The notes: generated from the sequence alone by a model not told the origin. Counted from the first letter of the stretch, positions 8,885 through 17,606 are shown. The stretch is 51,346 nt of DNA from a virus (IMGVR_UViG_3300049259_000157:1-51346), one strand, 5' to 3'. Made by a program: numbers and translations.

Positions 8885-9301
8885 CTAGACCATAGGGGCA
8901 TGCAGGATCGACGTCAAGTAGGCGCGTGACTCCGACGTCGGCGCACCCTTGACGAGAACCTGGGCGTGCATCGCGCCGGCGAGCTCCTCCGCCCCGGTCA
9001 GGAACACGAAGCGCGCGGCGAGCGCCGGCTGCTGGCGCCTGATCCACAGCAGGATGTTGCCGCCATTCTCGCTGGGATCGGCGAGCTCGAAGTCTGAGAC
9101 GACCAGGTCGACCTTGATGCAGGCCAGCACTGCGATCGCTGAGGACGCCGTGTCCCTGGCGACCACGTACGAGCCGGGGAAGCAGCGCGCGAGCCAGCGC
9201 TTGTGGGCCTCGAGCAGCCGGGGGTCATCGTCGACGACGAGGATGGTGTGCTGGATGATCTTACGGGTGACGTCCTGCGATTCGGTGGGATGCATGCCCA
9301 T
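8885..9301 (-). CDS. Single-domain response regulator (CheY-like receiver)
   Basis: ILVVDDD acidic pocket, VDLVVSD phospho-acceptor Asp, FLTG, VK. Confidence 0.9.
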   Translation of the reverse strand: MGMHPTESQDVTRKIIQHTILVVDDDPRLLEAHKRWLARCFPGSYVVARDTASSAIAVLACIKVDLVVSDFELADPSENGGNILLWIRRQQPALAARFVFLTGAEELAGAMHAQVLVKGAPTSESRAYLTSILHAPMV

Positions 9302-9352
9302 GATGTTCGTCCTGTGCGCAGAGTTGTTGGGGTACGGACCGGGTAGCTCGGC

Positions 9353-9397
9353 ACATGTTTGACATGTCTTCCAACCGGTGGCAGGATGTTTGACATG
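9353..9397 (+). promoter_or_regulatory. Promoter/operator with two direct repeats ATGTTTGACATG (9355-9366, 9386-9397)
   Basis: TTGACA 9359-9364, 17 nt, CAGGAT; second repeat overlaps the start codon. Confidence 0.7.
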
Positions 9398-9844
9398 GCA
9401 ACCAAAAAACCAAAGCCCAAGTCACGTAGGCCGGCAACCAGGCGCGATCCCGCGCCGGCGCGCCGCGGCCCAGCACCGCGCGCGGAGTCGGCTCGGACGG
9501 ACAGCCCGATCGGACTGCGCATGAACCCCGCCGAGATGGCCCACGTGCGCGCCGCGCTGGCCCAGCTCAACGAAGAGACCGGGCTCGTGCTGACGCCCGG
9601 AGCCTACGCCAAGCACGCTACGCTGTCGTATCGCAGGTTCCGGCTGATGGAACAGGCGATCCGTGCGTTGCGCGCCGACATGCGGCGGCCGCTCGATAAC
9701 GTCACGATCGATCGCCTCGACGCGATCATCTACACGCTGTCAGATGGCGTCGCGCCCAGCAAGCTGGCTCCGGACGAGGCCGCTACCGAGCAGGCCGCGA
9801 TCGCCGAGCACGAGGTCGCGGCGGATGTCGGGGGTGAGTCGTGA
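9395..9844 (+). CDS. Putative ribbon-helix-helix DNA-binding protein
   Basis: Basic N-tail then PIGLRMNPAEMAHVRAA...GLVLTPGAYAKHA, resembling the RHH beta-alpha-alpha pattern. Confidence 0.6.
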   Translation: MATKKPKPKSRRPATRRDPAPARRGPAPRAESARTDSPIGLRMNPAEMAHVRAALAQLNEETGLVLTPGAYAKHATLSYRRFRLMEQAIRALRADMRRPLDNVTIDRLDAIIYTLSDGVAPSKLAPDEAATEQAAIAEHEVAADVGGES

Positions 9845-11460
9845 TCTTGCTGTCGACCTGCGTCGCCAATAGGCATTGGCGACTGAGGGAGCTGGCGACC
9901 GGACATCCGAGGCCAGGATGGCTGGGCGCCCAATGCAACGCCGTGCTCGAGGAGCTCGCGTCGATCGGCTTGAGCCGCAGGTCGTGGCGGATCTGCGATG
10001 GCGTCGGTGTGATCCTGCCGGCGCACGCTGTCGGCATTGACGTACAGCACAACATCTTGCGGTGCGTGATTGATAGATTCCTGACGATCGAGAAGACGAT
10101 GCGGTTCCAATTTTCGAACTACCTCGACACGCTCGACTTTCGAGGCATTCCAGCCGATTACCAACACGCGCCGTTGATGGTCCGCATGTCCATCGTCCAG
10201 CTCGGGGCGATCATGGAGCTGGAGGCCGGCCGAGCACGGGACGACTGGCGGCCATGGCACACCCGCATCGGCGTGCTGGCCGGCACCGGCGTCGCGGTCG
10301 GCAGGTATCTGCAGAACCTGTGGGGCGTGCTGCCGTCCATTGCACCCGAGCTGCGCGGCGGCCTCGAGTCGATCCTGATCGACAAGGCGGCGATCCCGGC
10401 CGACGTCGAGGTCCAGCCGGTGACGTCGCCTGACGTCCTGACTGACCGTATCAAGAATGCCCTGGGCAAGCTCGGCGCCGACGTCGAGCAGCCAACCGCG
10501 GTCGGCCAGTGGGCCAAGCGCATCGCCGAGCTCGAGGGCCAGCTCGAAGAGACCTCCGCTATCGCCGCGTCTGCACGGGCCTTCGAACGCGAACGCGACA
10601 AGCTCAAGGGCTGCCTCGACGTGGCATACGCCGATATCGCCAGCCTGCGCCAAGACGCCGCGTTCTTCGCGCTGTCCGGGTTCAACCTGGACCTCGATGC
10701 CGAGCGTCAGACCGTCAAGCGGCTGACGCGCGAGCTCGAGTCGGTGCGAGCGGAGCTGGCATCGGTGATCAAGCTGCGCGACCAGGCGATCAAGGACGGT
10801 ATCGGCGCCGCCCAGCAGGCGAACATCGAGATCGTGCGCGCCATGAACGATGCGCAGAACCGGCTCAGGACTGAGGTCAGCGAGGCGACGGCGGCACTGG
10901 AAATCGAATGCTCGCGCGTACGCTTGCTCCAGGAAGCACGGGCCACCGACCAGCGCAGCCAGAACGACACCGTTCGATGGCTCACGCAGTCCAACCATGA
11001 TCTGAAGAACCAGTTCCGTGCGGCAGAGCAGATCGCCGCCCGCCGCAAGGACGAGAACGAGGTGCTGGCCAACAGCATGGCCAAGCTGCAGGCCAACTTC
11101 GACGCGTCGTCCGAGCACTGCAAGGAGCTGGTTGAGCAGGTCGATAAGCTCGAACGCCAGAACAGCGCTGAGGGAAAACTCGATACGGCTGCAGCGCTCA
11201 GGGAGTACGGCGACCGCAACATGGCCCTCGAGCTCAAGCTCGACCGCGCCACCGCTGCGCTGAGCGAAGCCGCCGTCCGCAACAAAACGCTCGACGTCCA
11301 GCTCAGCGCGATCGCCGACAGCAACAAAGCGCTCGAAGGCAAGCTGGTTGACCTCGAGAAGGTTCTGGCGGCGACCCGGGTTGCCTTCGGCCGGTGGCGC
11401 GATGCTGCGATTGGGCGCCGCTCGAAGTCCAACATCGAACTCGGCAAGGAGGAGCCATGA
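9841..11460 (+). CDS. Large coiled-coil protein
   Basis: C-terminal 300 aa rich in heptad E/K/L/A; GTGA overlap. Confidence 0.8.
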   Translation: MILLSTCVANRHWRLRELATGHPRPGWLGAQCNAVLEELASIGLSRRSWRICDGVGVILPAHAVGIDVQHNILRCVIDRFLTIEKTMRFQFSNYLDTLDFRGIPADYQHAPLMVRMSIVQLGAIMELEAGRARDDWRPWHTRIGVLAGTGVAVGRYLQNLWGVLPSIAPELRGGLESILIDKAAIPADVEVQPVTSPDVLTDRIKNALGKLGADVEQPTAVGQWAKRIAELEGQLEETSAIAASARAFERERDKLKGCLDVAYADIASLRQDAAFFALSGFNLDLDAERQTVKRLTRELESVRAELASVIKLRDQAIKDGIGAAQQANIEIVRAMNDAQNRLRTEVSEATAALEIECSRVRLLQEARATDQRSQNDTVRWLTQSNHDLKNQFRAAEQIAARRKDENEVLANSMAKLQANFDASSEHCKELVEQVDKLERQNSAEGKLDTAAALREYGDRNMALELKLDRATAALSEAAVRNKTLDVQLSAIADSNKALEGKLVDLEKVLAATRVAFGRWRDAAIGRRSKSNIELGKEEP

Positions 11461-11795
11461 TCGAGCGCACCATGGAGGTCTCGGCCACGGTCGACCGCTT
11501 CGTCGCGCTCGGGCTGATCCTGATCGTCGCTGGATGCGCCGGCGTCCTCGTCGTCATGCTCCTGCGCGCGCGGCGCGAGATCCACCGGCTGGAGGTCATG
11601 AACTGGGCGCTGATGCAGCCGCGGCGCGTGAACGAGATCCTCGCGACCGCAGTGGGCTCGATTCGCAAGGGCGACATGGTCACGACGATCGACGCGCCGC
11701 TCAACGGTCCCATCCGGGTCGGCACCATCATCTCGCCAGCGCCGGGCGGTCGCTACTGGGTCGACGTCGACGGCGTCACCCGGAGGCGCCATTGA
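11457..11795 (+). CDS. Single-pass membrane protein
   Basis: FVALGLILIVAGCAGVLVVMLL hydrophobic segment; GGAGGAG RBS; ATGA overlap. Confidence 0.75.
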   Translation: MIERTMEVSATVDRFVALGLILIVAGCAGVLVVMLLRARREIHRLEVMNWALMQPRRVNEILATAVGSIRKGDMVTTIDAPLNGPIRVGTIISPAPGGRYWVDVDGVTRRRH

Positions 11796-12205
11796 ATCTT
11801 CCGATCGTGCTCCTCGAGCTGGCCAGCGGTTACGCCGCGCGCGTCCTGTACGACTACGTGCGCGATCGCCTGCGCAAGCGCCCCACCGACTGGCGTGGCG
11901 AGCTCGAGGCCACACCGCTCCGCCTGCACAAGGCGCCCAACGATGGGCTGTCGGTCATCGAGTACCACCAGGACGCCAACAGCTTCGGATGGAGCGTGGT
12001 GGCGCTGATCGTCGCGTCGGTCACCGGCCCCTGGGGCAAGGAGCGCTGGGGAGTGCTCACCGCCCTGGTCGGCACGGATGTCGGCATGGTCGGCGGTCGC
12101 TCGCGACAGGATGTCGTGCGCGACAGTTGGCACATCGTCGACTGGTACGGCTCGATGGCTGACGCCCACCAGGCCTACGACGAGGTCAAGAGCAGGACAC
12201 GGTGA
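11792..12205 (+). CDS. Hypothetical protein
   Basis: TTG start overlapping the upstream TGA; GGAGG RBS. Confidence 0.65.
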   Translation: MNLPIVLLELASGYAARVLYDYVRDRLRKRPTDWRGELEATPLRLHKAPNDGLSVIEYHQDANSFGWSVVALIVASVTGPWGKERWGVLTALVGTDVGMVGGRSRQDVVRDSWHIVDWYGSMADAHQAYDEVKSRTR

Positions 12206-12336
12206 TCGTCGTGCTCGTCCTGATGGGGTGGCTTGTGATCAGCGGCACGCGCGCCATCCTGTTCGATCCGCCGCGGCCCATCGCAATTCGTGACTACCGA
12301 ATCGGCCGGCTCGGCGCCGGCAAGGAATACAGATGA
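12202..12336 (+). CDS. 44-aa membrane peptide (MIVVLVLMGWLVISGTRAILFDPP...)
   Basis: Translated by hand; 4-nt overlaps at both ends. Confidence 0.6.
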   Translation: MIVVLVLMGWLVISGTRAILFDPPRPIAIRDYRIGRLGAGKEYR

Positions 12337-12740
12337 ACAGAAAGATCAAAATCGTCGCCGTCCTGATCGGCATCGCGGCAGTCTCGCTCGCCGTGGCCAT
12401 CGTCATGCTCGTGGTCGATCTCGTGGAGGATGCCTATGCCAGGCGTACCTATCGCGACCCGCCCAAGCATGACGTCCTCAGGTGGGACATCGATAAGGAT
12501 TGCGACAACTCCAAGGGTCCGTGCGCCACGCACCCGATGACCGCTGACGAGGCACGCATGGTCGCGCGCGAGGCATTCGTTCGCCACTACCCGAAGATCG
12601 TCGACATCAAGATGTCTGAGCCGTGCTTCGCGGCGGCGGCGGGCGCCGGGTGGACGTGCACGGCCTACGGGGATCTGGAGGGCGTCACGGTCAAGCTGCA
12701 GGGCACGGTCAACGGCCGTGTCCAGGATGACCGGCCATGA
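12333..12740 (+). CDS. N-terminally membrane-anchored protein with four Cys
   Basis: MNRKIKIVAVLIGIAAVSLAVAIVMLVV. Confidence 0.75.
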   Translation: MNRKIKIVAVLIGIAAVSLAVAIVMLVVDLVEDAYARRTYRDPPKHDVLRWDIDKDCDNSKGPCATHPMTADEARMVAREAFVRHYPKIVDIKMSEPCFAAAAGAGWTCTAYGDLEGVTVKLQGTVNGRVQDDRP

Positions 12741-12871
12741 GCGTTGGGCACAAGGTCATGTGCAAATGCGGATCGCTGGTCGACGCCGTCGATAGCTATT
12801 TTGGGATTCCGCTTCACCGAATCGGCAGCGTTTACCGCGTATGCCGCCTGTGGTCAGGACTGCCTCGATGA
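12737..12871 (+). CDS. 44-aa Cys/His peptide (MSVGHKVMCKCGSLVDAV...)
   Basis: Translated by hand; ATGA overlaps at both ends. Confidence 0.5.
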   Translation: MSVGHKVMCKCGSLVDAVDSYFGIPLHRIGSVYRVCRLWSGLPR

Positions 12872-13050
12872 GGCAGTCAGAATGGAACCGGTGGCACACG
12901 ATGTTCGTGGTCGGCACGGTCGCGGTGTGGAGCGGGATCGTGATGGCCATCGTCACAGGCGGCATCGGGATCTGCGACGCGAGTCCCGCATCTGTGCTCG
13001 TCGTGTTCGGTGCGCTTTCGGTCGTGTGGGCATCAAGGAAGATGCCGTGA
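12868..13050 (+). CDS. Small two-helix membrane protein
   Basis: Two hydrophobic segments; ATGA overlap. Confidence 0.6.
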   Translation: MRQSEWNRWHTMFVVGTVAVWSGIVMAIVTGGIGICDASPASVLVVFGALSVVWASRKMP

Positions 13051-13235
13051 AGCTCTGGCCGTTCGAGACCGTCGACGCACCCAGCGCCGAGCACGCATGC
13101 CATGACGACCCGCTGGGCGTCGTTGCGTTCGGCAGCTGCGGCCGCTACACGGTGTTGCGTTGGACGCTGCTTCCGTACATCGCGCTCGCGCAGGTCGCCG
13201 GCGTCGCGATCGTTCGCCTGCTGCGCTGGCTCTGA
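13047..13235 (+). CDS. Small protein with a C-terminal hydrophobic helix
   Basis: GTGA overlap, AAGGA RBS. Confidence 0.6.
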   Translation: MKLWPFETVDAPSAEHACHDDPLGVVAFGSCGRYTVLRWTLLPYIALAQVAGVAIVRLLRWL

Positions 13236-13344
13236 CGCAAATCGCGCTACCCGATTGCGGTCGTCGATCCTGTTGCGGTCCTGGCTCGGAGGAACGAGAG
13301 TGCACAGGACTCGGAATTCCTCCGAGCGACTGGAGATACCGCAG

Positions 13345-14058
13345 ATGAAGCACGTGACTGGATTCTTATCGTTATTATTTCTGATGTTCGTAGTGTGCCA
13401 GGTCGACGCCGCCCCGAGCTCGCCCGCGAAGCCAGACGCCAAGTGCAACGACTGCCCGACGACGCCGCATCCACCGGTGCTCACCGAGGAGCAAGCCCAG
13501 AACAAAACACAGGAGCGGATCATCCTGGATCTGGGCGGCGGGATTCTGATCCAGATCAACAACGTATTCTGCAACGTCTGGGCGGATGGCGCGTGGGGAT
13601 GCGAGGCAGAGGTTATATTTGGGGGCCTACTGTGGAACGCAGGGTGCCTATGGAACACCCGCCCAGAGGACGGCGAGGAGGGCTGCACCTACGGCCTCGG
13701 GTTCGCGCCGGCGGCGCCGTCATCCTTGGCGGATCCGCAAGCGTGCCGCGAGGGACCCGACGGCCCGATCTGCTCGGGAAACAAGTTCGACCAGGCCCAG
13801 CACGTCAACGACACCGAGGCGCGGCTGCGATCCTCTCACCCCGACTACACGGACGACACCGCTGATGTCCGGGGATGCGATCTGATCTGGCGCGACCCGG
13901 GTGGAGTCGGCGACCTGTACTCGTGCGGCTGGCACGTGTTCGGTCCATTCGGGATCCGAGTCAACTGGTCGTGCGAATACTCGGTCAACGACGTCGGCAC
14001 CGAGACGTTCCAGGGCTGCTCGCTGTCAGCCACGAGCGGCGCCCGGAACCCGCCCTGA
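13345..14058 (+). CDS. Secreted Cys-rich protein with an internal two-domain duplication
   Basis: Signal peptide MKHVTGFLSLLFLMFVVCQVDA; two units starting AAPSS, six Cys each; GGAG RBS. Confidence 0.8.
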   Translation: MKHVTGFLSLLFLMFVVCQVDAAPSSPAKPDAKCNDCPTTPHPPVLTEEQAQNKTQERIILDLGGGILIQINNVFCNVWADGAWGCEAEVIFGGLLWNAGCLWNTRPEDGEEGCTYGLGFAPAAPSSLADPQACREGPDGPICSGNKFDQAQHVNDTEARLRSSHPDYTDDTADVRGCDLIWRDPGGVGDLYSCGWHVFGPFGIRVNWSCEYSVNDVGTETFQGCSLSATSGARNPP

Positions 14059-14059
14059 C

Positions 14060-14623
14060 CTACGGACGTACGCGCAGCAGGTAGGCGCGGTGCTCGGGCT
14101 TCGACCAGGTCTCGTTATGCTGGTCGATGCCCTGCCCGGTTGAGCGACGGATGGCCGGGTGGTTGCCGTTCGGTCCGACGCACTCCAGGATGTCGAGGTT
14201 GCGGAACACCGGCTTCGCCGGATCCCATCCGACGAACGTCCTCGAGACCCCCGTGACGATCACGGCGTGCCCCGGCCACGGCCCGGCGTCCACGCCAGGC
14301 AACCGGATAGTCGGGTAGGCGATGATGTCGCCCTCGCGCGGCAGGTCCGCGACGAGCTCGAACAGATCCCGCCGGTGCTTGGCGTCCTCGATCGCGCTGT
14401 TGCTGTTCGTGTCGTCGCTGACGGTCGCCCAGCCGCCCTGGTTGTAGCCGGGGCGATGCGTCGGGATCCGGTAGCAGTAATTCACCGCGTACCGGAAGCA
14501 GTCGAACACCAGGTGCTCGGCGGCCGCATCGTCAGCGCCCCAGAGGTACGTGCCGCGGCCGAGCAGGGACCATGCGCGAGAAACCGCTTCGGCCGCGGTC
14601 GCGCCAGGTCGAGGTCCGGTCAT
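14060..14623 (-). CDS. NlpC/P60 (CHAP-like) peptidoglycan hydrolase, putative endolysin
   Basis: YLWG...FDC catalytic Cys, GDII...GHAVIV catalytic His; last gene of the late operon. Confidence 0.8.
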   Translation of the reverse strand: MTGPRPGATAAEAVSRAWSLLGRGTYLWGADDAAAEHLVFDCFRYAVNYCYRIPTHRPGYNQGGWATVSDDTNSNSAIEDAKHRRDLFELVADLPREGDIIAYPTIRLPGVDAGPWPGHAVIVTGVSRTFVGWDPAKPVFRNLDILECVGPNGNHPAIRRSTGQGIDQHNETWSKPEHRAYLLRVRP

Positions 14624-14841
14624 CGCTGGACCTCGACCTGGATGTCCCCGTCGACCTTGAGCTCCAGGGAATCGTCCACCATCAAGATCGCGAGATGGAG
14701 TATCGGGATGTTTCCTGCATCGCACTCGAGCTTGAAGCTCACGATCCTCTGCGAGAGGATGCCGTTGATCCAGATCTTGGTGTTGTTAGATTGCCCCTTG
14801 GATTCGATGCGGACGTGGGTGTTGCCAACCTCCTCCATCAC
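14620..14841 (-). CDS. Small beta-rich hypothetical protein
   Basis: (V)MEEVGNTHVRIESKG...; overlaps both neighbours. Confidence 0.65.
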   Translation of the reverse strand: MMEEVGNTHVRIESKGQSNNTKIWINGILSQRIVSFKLECDAGNIPILHLAILMVDDSLELKVDGDIQVEVQR

Positions 14842-15170
14842 GCACCTTCCTGATGTGCGGCGACCTGGACCACGCACGACCCCGGAACGACGACGTCGAC
14901 GGTGGGATACACGAAGCAGTGGCCGGTGACGGTGTGGCCGCGCTCTCGCGCGATGGCAATGGCCGCCATCTTGACGTCGTTGATCGTGGCCGGGAGTCCA
15001 ATCCCGCTGACGCTCGGCTTCTTGACGATCACGCAGACCGGCCCGCCGATGTCCGTCAGTGGCTCGCTGGTGCCGTCGTCTCCCACCATGACGAGCTCGT
15101 AGCACACGAAGTCGTCGCGGTTGATCTCGTACGGATACGGCACCCAGCGGATCTCGATGGTGCCGATCAC
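14838..15170 (-). CDS. Hypothetical protein
   Basis: GTG start overlapping the upstream stop; VIGTIEIRWVPYPYE... Confidence 0.65.
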   Translation of the reverse strand: MIGTIEIRWVPYPYEINRDDFVCYELVMVGDDGTSEPLTDIGGPVCVIVKKPSVSGIGLPATINDVKMAAIAIARERGHTVTGHCFVYPTVDVVVPGSCVVQVAAHQEGA

Positions 15171-15670
15171 GACGCGACCACCTTCGCGCTCGGGATGCTG
15201 GACGCGGCGGCCGCCGTCGCGCCGCCCGGGATGTGGGCCTTGATCCATTCCCACAGGCCGGCCGCGGTTGCCGCGGTTGCGAGCGCGCTGGCGACCAGCA
15301 TCCACGAGATCGTCACGCCGACCGCGAGGGCCGCACCGAGCGTGCCGGCCAGCGAGATCGCGAACGCCAGCACGAGCCCGCCGAACGCCGTCTTGAACAC
15401 GTCGGGCCCGAACACGCGCAGCGGGTAGACGATCCCGATGAGGCCGACGCCGGCGAGCACGCCCCACTGCTTGCTCGTCACCGCGACGTAGAGCGCCTGC
15501 AGCCACGCGCTGGCGTTCTGGTCGGGCGGGGGCGGCGCGGTCGCCGCGAGCGCGCTACCGGCCAGGCAGAGCAGGAACAGCGTCGCCAGCGGGAACCGCC
15601 AGCGGGGCAACCGCGCCAGCGGGCGGAACAGGGGCCACAGGAACGACTTGCGAGGGGTCAGGTTCTGCAT
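15167..15670 (-). CDS. Multi-pass membrane protein, putative holin
   Basis: 3-4 hydrophobic segments; within the lysis cassette. Confidence 0.6.
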   Translation of the reverse strand: MQNLTPRKSFLWPLFRPLARLPRWRFPLATLFLLCLAGSALAATAPPPPDQNASAWLQALYVAVTSKQWGVLAGVGLIGIVYPLRVFGPDVFKTAFGGLVLAFAISLAGTLGAALAVGVTISWMLVASALATAATAAGLWEWIKAHIPGGATAAAASSIPSAKVVAS

Positions 15671-15992
15671 GACCCCCGGTTTCGCACGCCGCGCGCGCTT
15701 CGTACAGTCCTGTCAACGTGTCCAGCAGGCTCGCCAGCCTCACCGCGTTCGCCGGGTCTAAGCAGAGCGATCCCGCGCCGAACGCTGCGCCACAGGACGC
15801 GCTGTCAAGTCTTTGCGGCGGGCTTGCCGGCAACGGTGGGAGGGTCGGTGGGCAGAGGGTTCGCACCTCCACCGGCACCGGTACTCGCACTTCCACTGGA
15901 TGGTCGACGGTCACGGTTCGCGTACAGCCGACTGGTGGCGCTGTCATACAGAGCGTCACCCACAGGAGCACCGAGCTTGGCGAGTTTTTCAT
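15555..15992 (-). CDS. Putative outer-membrane spanin (Rz1-like lipoprotein)
   Basis: MKNSPSSVLLWVTLCMTAPPVGC lipoprotein-like leader, Pro-rich, overlaps the i-spanin candidate in another frame. Confidence 0.55.
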   Translation of the reverse strand: MKNSPSSVLLWVTLCMTAPPVGCTRTVTVDHPVEVRVPVPVEVRTLCPPTLPPLPASPPQRLDSASCGAAFGAGSLCLDPANAVRLASLLDTLTGLYEARAACETGGHAEPDPSQVVPVAPVPPAGAVAPLAVPAGDAVPALPGR

Positions 15993-16281
15993 AGATGGCG
16001 TCCTTGTCGAGTCGCGTCCGCTGCAACTCGAGCTGCAGCGATCCGATGGTTGCCTGCGCCGCCTTGAGCTGCATGGTCGCCGTCGCGGTGCCAGCCTCCG
16101 CGACCTCCGCCCGGTGCAGCATGGCGTCCGTCTTGGCCTCTGCGATCCGCCTGCCGTCCGCCATCGCGTTCGCATCGACCCGGGCGTCAATGCCGTCGCC
16201 TCGAGCTCGCCAGGCAAAAAACCATCCGCTCGCGGTGCCGGCGAGACCGACGACGATCGAGACCCAGGTTGCGATATCCAT
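15805..16281 (-). CDS. Putative inner-membrane spanin (Rz-like)
   Basis: N-terminal TM helix, then coiled coil, then flexible tail. Confidence 0.6.
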   Translation of the reverse strand: MDIATWVSIVVGLAGTASGWFFAWRARGDGIDARVDANAMADGRRIAEAKTDAMLHRAEVAEAGTATATMQLKAAQATIGSLQLELQRTRLDKDAIYEKLAKLGAPVGDALYDSATSRLYANRDRRPSSGSASTGAGGGANPLPTDPPTVAGKPAAKT

Positions 16282-16809
16282 CTAGCATTTCCCCGACAGC
16301 ATCAGCCCGGATACCACAGCCCACAGCGCGGCGATCGCGGCGAACACGCGCAGCGCGACGTCGCGCCAGAACTTGCCGCGCTCGCGCCGCGCCTCGATGG
16401 CCGCGATCTGGTTCGTCTCGCGCACCTTGATCTCGCTGCGTACCGACTCGACCCGGATGGTCGCCCCGGCCTGGCGATCTACGGCGCGGTCCTCGAGCAC
16501 CAGGTCGAGCTTGCCGACCATCTCGGCCTGGCTCAGCGACAGGTTGACGACATGTCCGGCGAGCTCGTCCACCTTGCGGTCGACCTCCTTGATGCCGTCC
16601 TGCATCTCGGAGCGGACCTGGTGCAGTGCGCTGACCTGATCCTGTGACGCCCGCTTGACCCGGCCGTCGACGTGCTGCAGCGCCTGGATCGCCCCGTCGG
16701 GCAGGGGTGTTACCTCATGATCCCAGGACAGCTCGACGGGGGTCGTCGGCGCCGACGCCGCTCGGGCCTGTGGGGTTCCGAGGTACGGCGTCTTGGGGCG
16801 TGGTGCCAT
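16282..16809 (-). CDS. Coiled-coil protein with a C-terminal TM helix (lysis-associated)
   Basis: Heptad region then VALRVFAAIAALWAVVSGLML. Confidence 0.65.
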   Translation of the reverse strand: MAPRPKTPYLGTPQARAASAPTTPVELSWDHEVTPLPDGAIQALQHVDGRVKRASQDQVSALHQVRSEMQDGIKEVDRKVDELAGHVVNLSLSQAEMVGKLDLVLEDRAVDRQAGATIRVESVRSEIKVRETNQIAAIEARRERGKFWRDVALRVFAAIAALWAVVSGLMLSGKC

Positions 16810-16842
16810 GCGATCGGGGTTACACGCGGCTCGATGTCGGGG

Positions 16843-17565
16843 TCAAGGCGCGCGCTGGAAGGCGAACCGCAACACGCCTACCCTCAGGCTCATCCCGCCC
16901 GTGGTCGCCGACGCGATCAGGCGGATGTTCATCCAGCTTCCGGGTGCAATCACCTGCGGCGTTATCGCACCTCCGCCAACCGCGGTGAGCGCGTAGGTCG
17001 TGAACGTCGCCGATGGGTTAGTTAGCGCCTTGCGCGCGATGATATTGACCGAGCTTGACGGGTCGACATACACGATATCCATCTGAAGCTGGTGATCGGC
17101 AACACCGTCGCCTGCGGCCTCCAGCGTTCCGCCGAGGAACGTCTCGCCCTCTTCGAATTGGAGCTCGAGGTACACCTCGCATGCGGCAGTCGCCTTGATC
17201 GCGGGCCTGTCAAAGCTGGGGCCCGCGTCGAGCCTGTCGACCTGCCATGCGTTGGTTGCGTCAACCTTGACGATCTTCGGCGCAAACACCCTTGTGAAAG
17301 GCTTCCTGGCGCCGGCCACTATGTTCTGCTGAATCTCATTAAGCAGGGCAGGCGAGATCGGATCATGCGATCCCAGCGTCGTGGTCACGGCGAATGGCAG
17401 GTTGCCCATGCAGTCTCCTTGTGCGCGCGGTGGCGCAGCGTCGTGGTTCGCGGCATCGGCGGCCGCATCGATAGATGTCGCATCCTGCGGCAACGGATCG
17501 GGCGTTGCGGGACTGGAAGAGAACTGACACCCGACCATGACCAGGACAGCTGCGAGAATTTTCAT
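16843..17565 (-). CDS. Tail-fibre-like protein (internal start 17409) with an in-frame upstream lipoprotein-like leader
   Basis: MKILAAVLVMVGC leader at 17565; AAGGAG RBS before MGNLPF at 17409; PALLNEIQQNIV resembles tail-fibre N-termini; follows the gp48-like gene. Confidence 0.65.
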   Translation of the reverse strand: MKILAAVLVMVGCQFSSSPATPDPLPQDATSIDAAADAANHDAAPPRAQGDCMGNLPFAVTTTLGSHDPISPALLNEIQQNIVAGARKPFTRVFAPKIVKVDATNAWQVDRLDAGPSFDRPAIKATAACEVYLELQFEEGETFLGGTLEAAGDGVADHQLQMDIVYVDPSSSVNIIARKALTNPSATFTTYALTAVGGGAITPQVIAPGSWMNIRLIASATTGGMSLRVGVLRFAFQRAP

Positions 17566-17606
17566 TCCGCGAATCATTGACACTGTCCTGTGCGTTCGCC
17601 AGTGGG

